A DNA stretch of 20,255 nt from Vulcanimicrobiota bacterium. Its GTDB lineage: Bacteria > Vulcanimicrobiota > Vulcanimicrobiia > Vulcanimicrobiales > Vulcanimicrobiaceae. The DNA is taken from assembly GCA_003135555.1 (NCBI GenBank), contig PLCF01000026.1, forward strand, positions 196 through 20,450, given 5' to 3'. Position numbers and translations under genes: made by a program. The notes beneath the pieces were generated by a model. That model worked only from the letters and a program-made list of their open reading frames with translations. It was not told the origin of the DNA and did not search any database. Shown here one piece after another: positions 1-6,178 of this stretch (the stretch's first letter is position 1; every line of letters starts with the position of its first letter).

Positions 1-219
1 CCCGCCGACGATCCAGCTGCCGGTGCAGTGCGTGCTTGTCCACCTGCCGGAACCGGTTGTCTTACAGTCGTCGACCGTTGCGACCGCTCGGGGACCGGTC
101 TGGCGCTGCACGAGGAGAAAGATGCCGGACCCGATCATGACCGCCGCGATGATAGCCGCGACGATCGCAGCGAAAATCATGGCGCCCTTCGTAGGCGTGC
201 GTCCCCTTCCGATGATCAC
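1..219 (-). CDS. Hypothetical membrane-anchored protein, N-terminal part (runs off the window edge; not in the ORF track)
   Basis: Manual minus-strand translation from GTG 219 (alternative ATG 180): VIIGRGRTPTKGAMIFAAIVAAIIAAVMIGSGIFLLVQRQTGPRAVATVDDCKTTGSGRWTSTHCTGSWIVGG. The frame is open to base 1 and shows a basic N-terminus, one clear TM helix, then a Cys-containing segment. Confidence 0.7.
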   Translation of the reverse strand, partial: MIIGRGRTPTKGAMIFAAIVAAIIAAVMIGSGIFLLVQRQTGPRAVATVDDCKTTGSGRWTSTHCTGSWIVGG

Positions 220-225
220 GGCGTA

Positions 226-258
226 CTCACCATCATGCTCACCATCATGCTCACCATC
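226..258 (+). repeat. 12-bp tandem repeat CTCACCATCATG, 2.75 copies
   Basis: Units at 226-237, 238-249 and a partial unit at 250-258; they encode LTIM-LTIM-LTI. Confidence 0.9.
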
Positions 259-480
259 CTTGTGGCTCTGCGGCGCATCGACCCGGACTTCAGCTTGATG
301 CTGTGGAGCGGCGCGATGCTCTTCGCGTTGCCTGCGGTGCGCAATTCACTACCCGATAGCCCGCCGCTCGGCATTCAGGCTGACTTTTACATCTTCATGT
401 GGGCAGAATCTGTCGTTGCTGTCTCGATGGTTGTCCTAACGTCGTATTTGATCGCGAAGCGTGCCCGCGGCGGACCGTGA
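235..480 (+). pseudogene. C-terminal fragment of a DUF4436-like membrane protein (about 81 aa)
   Basis: WSGAMLFALPAVRNSLPDSPPLGIQADFYIFMWAE resembles the conserved DUF4436 C-terminal motif (LFAL..LRN.LP..PP.G...D....W). The upstream in-frame sequence (28-225) is the antisense of another gene and is not protein-like. Confidence 0.6.
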
Positions 481-504
481 GCGGTAGCCCCGATCCGGCG
501 CCCG

Positions 505-1425
505 TCAGTCTCCGTGGGCGCCTGCCCAGGGCTGGGGCGCGATGGCGATGGCGTCGTTGGCGTAGCTGCGGATGTACGCAAACGAGACAAACCCGTAGCC
601 GTCGCTCCCGAAGCCGGTCCCCATGCTGTTGCGGAAGATAAAGTAGCCGCCGCCGGGGAACGCGCGCGACTCGCGGAAGCCCACGAGGTCGATTGAATGA
701 CCGTCGAACATCGGCGGGTTGGAGCCCGTGTTGGCGCTGCGCGGATAGTCCTTGAGCAGCGGAACGCCGGCAACGGTCACCGTGGGAACGTTGTTGTGCC
801 ACAAGGTGTCATTGAGCCACCAGATTCCGGTGGCCACCGGACGCCCCGAGCGCAAGATTGTGAGCGTGCGTTGAAGTTCCGCGCCGGTCATCCCCGTGGT
901 GTTGTCCCAGGTTTTGACGACCGTGAACGGATACTTCACCGGGAACATCGCCTGAGCTGCCGCGATCGTGGCCTTGTTCGGCGCCGCGGGATGGTTGGGA
1001 TCGTACGCCGCGCGGTAGGGCATCTCGCGCAGGGTGGCGATGCCCCACGTGCGATAGCCGCTCATGAACTTGGTGAAGAACCCACCGTCGGCGTCTTCAC
1101 CCGTCGCGCGGTTGCCGGCCCAGTTGAGATACTCTTCCGACAGGTTGCGGCCCCCGCGCGCGAGCGGCGTAGCGGCCTTCTGATATTCGATCAAAAACGT
1201 CGTTGCAAAAACGGTGCAGGTGCCGCGATTGCCCTGATCGCGCACGTGCAACCGGCGCTGCCTGATCGTGGGACGCAGGTCGACCTCCGGTGCGAGACCG
1301 GAAACGAAGTGCTCCACGAAGCGAACGTGGATCGGGACCGCGGGGCGCCATGCCGGCACGGCAGCCGCCGCAACGCCGGTCATCAGGAACGCCGACGCGA
1401 GGAACGAAGCAGGAAGCTTGTACAT
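505..1425 (-). CDS. Secreted C1 (papain-like) cysteine peptidase
   Basis: Signal peptide; VDLR motif; oxyanion Gln and catalytic Cys in VRDQGNRGTC; LSEEYL; catalytic His in GHSIDLVGF; catalytic Asn in FIFRNSMG..FGSDGYG. GGAGG lies 7 nt before ATG 1425, which favours it over ATG 1431. Confidence 0.9.
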   Translation of the reverse strand: MYKLPASFLASAFLMTGVAAAAVPAWRPAVPIHVRFVEHFVSGLAPEVDLRPTIRQRRLHVRDQGNRGTCTVFATTFLIEYQKAATPLARGGRNLSEEYLNWAGNRATGEDADGGFFTKFMSGYRTWGIATLREMPYRAAYDPNHPAAPNKATIAAAQAMFPVKYPFTVVKTWDNTTGMTGAELQRTLTILRSGRPVATGIWWLNDTLWHNNVPTVTVAGVPLLKDYPRSANTGSNPPMFDGHSIDLVGFRESRAFPGGGYFIFRNSMGTGFGSDGYGFVSFAYIRSYANDAIAIAPQPWAGAHGD

Positions 1426-1517
1426 GAGCATGCCTCCGGATCGATGCGCGAGCTTGCGCCTTTTCTGGTCCGGGCCGAGGCGGGCCTTCGAGCGCCGGCT
1501 GCGCGTGACGGCGGCCC

Positions 1518-1778
1518 ATGCTTTCCAATAGGCACAAGGGCCTCATTCGCGGCCTGATCTATCCGGTTCAGTTCGACCCCGACCCCGTCGACGGAGTCGA
1601 CCGAGTGCTCGAACTGGTCGTCTACCGGCGTGCGCTCGACGCGGGTCCCGACGAGTATTCGGCGGCCATTGCGGCCGCGCTGCAAAGCGACGAGCAGCTA
1701 GCGCCGCTGATACCTCAACCGCATTCCGAACCGGTTATCAGGGCTTATCTCACTGCGCTCCAGCAACGTTTGGCCTGA
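1518..1778 (+). CDS. Small helical hypothetical protein (86 aa)
   Basis: Fills the gap between two minus-strand genes and has protein-like composition (LIYPVQFD...ALQSDEQLAPLIPQPHSEPVIRAYL). Confidence 0.75.
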   Translation: MLSNRHKGLIRGLIYPVQFDPDPVDGVDRVLELVVYRRALDAGPDEYSAAIAAALQSDEQLAPLIPQPHSEPVIRAYLTALQQRLA

Positions 1779-1785
1779 TGCCCGT

Positions 1786-4440
1786 TCAGGGCCGCGCCCC
1801 GAGCGATTTCAGCGCCGCGTTCGCGGTGGCGCGCTGCCCGTAGCCGGGACAGTCGTGCGCCGCCAAACGGTAGAACGGTAGCGCCGTGTCCGGCGAACCC
1901 TGCACCGCATAGAATTCGCCGACGTAGAAGTTCGCCTCGCACAGCCGGCCCAGGTTTTTGGCCGGGTCGGGGTCGTGCGCCGCGGCAATGGTCGCGGCCG
2001 GCGCGCTCTGCCCGAGGAACAGCCGCACGATCGGCGCCGGCCACGCGCTCATGTCGAGCTGCTTGGCCGCATCCGAGAGCCGGCTTGGCGCGTGGCTGCG
2101 GCGACCCGTCACCTCCACGAGCAGCGCCGCGTACGCATCTTTGGGCGCGAGCGTGGCGGCTTTCTCGAAATCGGCGCGGGCCTGATCGAGCGGGCCGCCG
2201 CCGTACAGGTTCGCGATGCCGCGCATCACGTATGCGGCTTCCTGGTCGGGCGCGCCGTGGATCGCCGTGCCCAGGGTGGCGACGGCGCGTTCGCGATCGC
2301 CCGCGGCGAAGTAGTCGGAGCCCAGCGCGAGTTGGATGTAGGGCACGTTCGGATTGACGCGCACTGCCTGCTCGTAGTCCGCGATCGCGCGGTCGTGCTC
2401 GCCGCGCACGTCCTCGATGTACGCGCGCCCGGACAGCGCGAGCATGGCGTTGGGATCCAGGCGCAGCGCCTCGTTGTAGTCGGCGTACGCCCGGTCGTAG
2501 TCGAGCTTGAAACCGTACGCGATGGCCCGGTCCGTCCGGTACTTGGCGATGGCCGGCGCCAGGCGAATGGCCTCGCCGTAGTCCGCAACCGCACGATCGT
2601 AGTCGGCCTTGAGCTGGTACGCAAAGCCGCGCTGATCGTACGCGAAGGCGAAGGCCGGGTCGAGCCGGATCGCCTCGCTCAAGTCCGCGATCGCGCGGTC
2701 GTTATCGCCCTTGCGCTGGTACGCCATGCCGCGGCCCAGCCACGCCGCCTTGGAGGCGGGCTTGAGGCGCAGCGTTTCGTCGTAGTCCGCGATCGCGTGA
2801 GCGAAATCGCCCTTTGCGCGGTACGCGTTGCCGCGATTGTTATAGGCGGCGGCCAACTGCGGATTGAGCCGTATCGCCTCGTTTTCGTCGGCGATTTCCT
2901 TGTCGTAGTCGCGTTTGGTCTCGTATGCGAGGCCGCGGTTGTTGTAGGCCTCCGCATACCCGGGCTGCAGCCGGATCGCTTCCGTGTATTCGACGATCGC
3001 GCCGTCGTTGTCGCTGCGGTCGACTCGCAGGCGGTTGCCGCGGTTGAAGTGCGCGGCGGGATTCGCCGGCTCGATGCGAATCGCTTGGTCGTAGTCGGCC
3101 AGGGCCCGCACGTGGTCCCCTTTGGCATCGAACGATGCGCCCCGGTTGACGTACGCGTTGGCGTGGGTCGGCGCGAGGCGGATCGCTACGCCGTAGTCTG
3201 CGATCGCGCGGTCCTCGTCGCCGCTGTCGCTGTACGCGAGGCCGCGGTTGTAGTACGCCGATGCGTAGGCTGGATCGAGCCGGATCGCCTCGGTGTAGTC
3301 GGCGATCGCCCGCGCAAAGCTCTTTTTGGTTTGGTAGCTATTACCGCGGTCGTAGTAGGCGATCGCGTTGTTCGGGTTCAGGCGCAGCGACTCGTCGTAG
3401 TCGGCGATGGCGCGGTCGTGATTCCCGGCAACGTCGAAGGTCACGCCCCGATTGGTATAGGCGGAGGCGTGCTTGGGATCGAGCCGGATCGCCTCGTCGT
3501 AGTCCGCGACCGCTCGGGCGACGTCGCCCTTGCTCCAATAGGTATTCCCCCGGTTGTAGAACGGGACGGCGTCGCGCGGCGTAAGCCGAATCGCTTCGCC
3601 GAACTCCCCGATCGCGCGATCGTAGTTGCCCTGCGCGTGATCGACCGCGCCGAGGTTGTTGTACTCGCCGGCGATGCGCTCCGGATCGCCGCTCCGGCGC
3701 GCGAGCTCCAGCCTCGCGTCGTACGACGCTCGAGCAGCGGTGACCGTGTCGAATCGTTGAACGAACTCGGGCACGCCGAGCGGAAACGAGACGCTGGGCG
3801 TCCCCGTCGCCGCGATCACGTCGATCGCCTTGACCGACAGCGGCGCGGCGGACGACGGTGCCGACCCGGCCGTGCTTGCAACGGGCGCGTTGCGCGACGT
3901 TCGCGGCGCGTCTGGTTTCGCCGCGCCGATCTGCAGGCGCGCGGCGTAGGCCACGTCGACGCTGCCGCGGCGGCACGCGAAGGTCACCTTACGCCCCGAG
4001 GTGTCGAACGAGAACACCGTGCCGCGCGCCGAGGCGGTGAACGTGTTGCCGTAGCGCACTTGAAAGAAATCCAGCGCCCCGTGCACGACCGAGAACAGCG
4101 CGCTGCCGTGGGCCACGCTCGATCGTTCCCCGGCGCCGGTCGCGTCGAGCGTGAAGCTGGTGTCGGGCCGCAACGTGGTGGTGCTCTTCGCGTCCGTCGA
4201 CGCGATCACAACGGTCACCCGCAGCGGGACGTCGATGCGTGCGCCGTCCGGCAGCGTCGCATGGACGGTCAACGGTTGGGGGTGACCGCCGGCCGGCGTC
4301 ACCGTCGGCCGCGCGGTCGCACCCGGCTGCGTGCGGATCTCCAGCACGACGTGCTGCCGCACGGCGGCCCCGGCCGGTGCCGGACCGAGCGCGAGCAGCA
4401 GAAGCGTCGGGCCGAGCCCGAGTGCGAGGCGTCTGGTCAC
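1786..4440 (-). CDS. Secreted FecR-like domain + tetratricopeptide repeat protein with NlpI-like C-terminal cap
   Basis: Signal peptide (MTRRLALGLGPTLLLLALGPAPAGA). FecR-like beta domain (LRPDTSFTL...HGSALFSV...FQVRYGNTFTASARGTVFSFD...CRRGSVDV). About 15 TPRs (AYxNRG...D.AIADY.EAIRL.P). C-terminal WPAPIVRLFLG...LCEANFYVGE resembles NlpI. GTG start lies 1 nt after the upstream gene's stop. Confidence 0.88.
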   Translation of the reverse strand: MTRRLALGLGPTLLLLALGPAPAGAAVRQHVVLEIRTQPGATARPTVTPAGGHPQPLTVHATLPDGARIDVPLRVTVVIASTDAKSTTTLRPDTSFTLDATGAGERSSVAHGSALFSVVHGALDFFQVRYGNTFTASARGTVFSFDTSGRKVTFACRRGSVDVAYAARLQIGAAKPDAPRTSRNAPVASTAGSAPSSAAPLSVKAIDVIAATGTPSVSFPLGVPEFVQRFDTVTAARASYDARLELARRSGDPERIAGEYNNLGAVDHAQGNYDRAIGEFGEAIRLTPRDAVPFYNRGNTYWSKGDVARAVADYDEAIRLDPKHASAYTNRGVTFDVAGNHDRAIADYDESLRLNPNNAIAYYDRGNSYQTKKSFARAIADYTEAIRLDPAYASAYYNRGLAYSDSGDEDRAIADYGVAIRLAPTHANAYVNRGASFDAKGDHVRALADYDQAIRIEPANPAAHFNRGNRLRVDRSDNDGAIVEYTEAIRLQPGYAEAYNNRGLAYETKRDYDKEIADENEAIRLNPQLAAAYNNRGNAYRAKGDFAHAIADYDETLRLKPASKAAWLGRGMAYQRKGDNDRAIADLSEAIRLDPAFAFAYDQRGFAYQLKADYDRAVADYGEAIRLAPAIAKYRTDRAIAYGFKLDYDRAYADYNEALRLDPNAMLALSGRAYIEDVRGEHDRAIADYEQAVRVNPNVPYIQLALGSDYFAAGDRERAVATLGTAIHGAPDQEAAYVMRGIANLYGGGPLDQARADFEKAATLAPKDAYAALLVEVTGRRSHAPSRLSDAAKQLDMSAWPAPIVRLFLGQSAPAATIAAAHDPDPAKNLGRLCEANFYVGEFYAVQGSPDTALPFYRLAAHDCPGYGQRATANAALKSLGARP
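2131..3666 (-). repeat. Array of about 15 TPR-coding units (about 102 bp each)
   Basis: Counted by eye from EYNNLG... to ...APKDAY; 512 aa. Confidence 0.9.
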
Positions 4441-4441
4441 G

Positions 4442-6178
4442 TCATGCTGACCCCGTAGGGGCTGCGAGTGGAGGAGGCGGTTTGGGTTCCAGGCCGGCGA
4501 GGATCTCGGCGACGATCTCCGCGACGAGGCCGGGCCGGTCGTCGATGCTCGCGGCTTGAATGTCGTCGACGGTGGCCAAGATCACCGGCTTGCCGCGCAT
4601 GATCGGAAGGACACACCGCGAGCCTTCCCCAGCCGTGATCCATTTCCGGTGCGCGCGCTTGATTTCGAACCGGCAGTACGGCCGCTGGAAGTAGGTTTCC
4701 GAGTACACCGGAACGACGAACCGGCTGCCGTCGATCGCCAGGCTGATCTTGTCCTGCCAGGCCGAGCCGACCCGGATCGACGAGGTGTCGAAGAAGATTT
4801 CGAGCTTGCGCCCGTCGGCGGAGCGCGCGTCCTTGAGCGGGACGAACACGTTTTCGTAGACCCAGCTGAACTCGTCGTGCGCGTACGAGATGAACACGTC
4901 GTAGTCGTTTGATTCTTCGGGCGGGGCATCGATCGCCCGCGACTGCTCGAACAGGATCTCCCGCCCGCGCTCGCCGCACAGCCCGGCCGCAAAGAGCACG
5001 CTCATCGCAACCAGGCTCACCTGGGGTTGAATCTGCCGCGCGACGAGCATCCAGGCCTCGAACGCGCCGAATGCCGCCAGGGCGAATGCGCCGGCCGCGC
5101 CCGCGGCGATCCAGGGAAGGGAGCTGCGCAGCGCGCGTAGCTGGAGCCGGCGCAGCCCTTGGAAAACCGCGATGAAAGCGACCAGCGTGAGCGCTGCAAA
5201 CCCCGCGACGAGCAGTGCGAGCAACTCGTTGGCGGGGAGCGGCTGAAAATACCCCGAGTCGGCGTTCTTGCGCTCGAGCAGATCGCTCAGCGCCCACGCC
5301 AGCAGCTCGGGATTGCTGCGCGGTGCCGCTCCGCGGTGCAGCGGCCCCAAGTCCTTCTCCAGCGTCGCGACGATGACGTATTTCCCGTTGAAATCGGCGC
5401 CGGCGGGGAATGGCTGCGCCCGCGTCACGCGCTGCACGCTCTGGGCGAATGCCGCCTGCGCTCCCAGCCGCACCGCCTCCATCGTTTGCGTCGCCCCGGA
5501 GCGATCGCAGGCCGCTCGGGGTTCCCCGGCGACGTCCTTGACCGCGCGGTACGGCAGCGCCCAGAGATCTTGGGTCCCGGCAACGTTCCCTTTGCTGTCG
5601 GTTTGCGGAAGCCGATAGCAGCGCTGGTAGAACACGCCGTCCGCCGCGGCGAGCTGCAGAATCGTGTGACCGGCCGCCAGATGATCGTAGACGTTGTCGC
5701 GATCGAGCGCGCCCAGCGACGCCGCGTCGATCTGACCGGCGCCCTGCGTCGCGACCGGATTCTCCGTCGCGTACACGGCGATTTTTGGCGCGGCCGCAGC
5801 CGCGGCGTCGAGGCTCTTGGTCAACGCCGCGGTCGCCGCATCGGGACGGCACGCCTGGGTATCGGGCGTCGCGCAGACCGACTCGAAGTACAGGTCGAGC
5901 AGTACCGCGGCGGGCCGCTGGCCGTGGGCACGCAGGCCGTCAAGGAACTGCGCGATCGTTTGACGATCCCGGGCCGGAGCACGCTGGTCGTAGTCCGCGA
6001 GATCGACGACGGAAACGTTGCCGGCGAATGCCGGCGCATGCAGGTTGCTCAAGGATTGGAACACCGACCAATCCCACTCGTGCCACACCGGCGCCAGCAC
6101 GAACGTCGCCACCCCGAGAAGCGCGACGTAGACCGCGATCAGGACCGCCGTCGCCCGCAGCCAGGGCTGATTGGTCAC
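4442..6178 (-). CDS. CHASE2-domain membrane receptor with C-terminal TIR domain (578 aa)
   Basis: The GTG start at 6178 overlaps the upstream TGA (GTGA). N-terminal TM; CHASE2-like motifs (VSVVDL...R..IAQFLDGL...PAAVLLDLYFE; FNGKYVIVA; NPELLAWALSDLL); three TM helices. TIR domain: YDVFISYAH...IFFD...I.VG..W...I..AIDGSRFVVPVYSETYFQRPYCRFEI, with the catalytic-position Glu codon at 4664-4666. The ORF-track extension to 6787 overlaps the upstream gene in another frame. Confidence 0.88.
   Translation of the reverse strand: MTNQPWLRATAVLIAVYVALLGVATFVLAPVWHEWDWSVFQSLSNLHAPAFAGNVSVVDLADYDQRAPARDRQTIAQFLDGLRAHGQRPAAVLLDLYFESVCATPDTQACRPDAATAALTKSLDAAAAAAPKIAVYATENPVATQGAGQIDAASLGALDRDNVYDHLAAGHTILQLAAADGVFYQRCYRLPQTDSKGNVAGTQDLWALPYRAVKDVAGEPRAACDRSGATQTMEAVRLGAQAAFAQSVQRVTRAQPFPAGADFNGKYVIVATLEKDLGPLHRGAAPRSNPELLAWALSDLLERKNADSGYFQPLPANELLALLVAGFAALTLVAFIAVFQGLRRLQLRALRSSLPWIAAGAAGAFALAAFGAFEAWMLVARQIQPQVSLVAMSVLFAAGLCGERGREILFEQSRAIDAPPEESNDYDVFISYAHDEFSWVYENVFVPLKDARSADGRKLEIFFDTSSIRVGSAWQDKISLAIDGSRFVVPVYSETYFQRPYCRFEIKRAHRKWITAGEGSRCVLPIMRGKPVILATVDDIQAASIDDRPGLVAEIVAEILAGLEPKPPPPLAAPTGSA

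Noticed and set aside
28..225. N-terminal part of the 150-aa ORF 28-480
   Set aside because: It is the codon-aligned antisense of a convincing minus-strand membrane-protein gene.
2131..3666. Recurrent DNA words (GTAGTCGGCGATCGC, GAGCCGGATCGCCTC) at about 102-bp period as a possible CRISPR or DNA repeat array
   Set aside because: Degenerate and in-frame; fully explained by TPR coding. No cas genes are present.
1975..4458. 827-aa plus-strand ORF
   Set aside because: Antisense shadow of the FecR-TPR gene; Arg/Val-rich with no motifs, as expected from high-GC codon bias.
4437..5852. 471-aa minus-strand ORF and 5159-6283 plus-strand ORF
   Set aside because: Alternative frames over the CHASE2-TIR gene; Arg-rich with no recognisable motifs.
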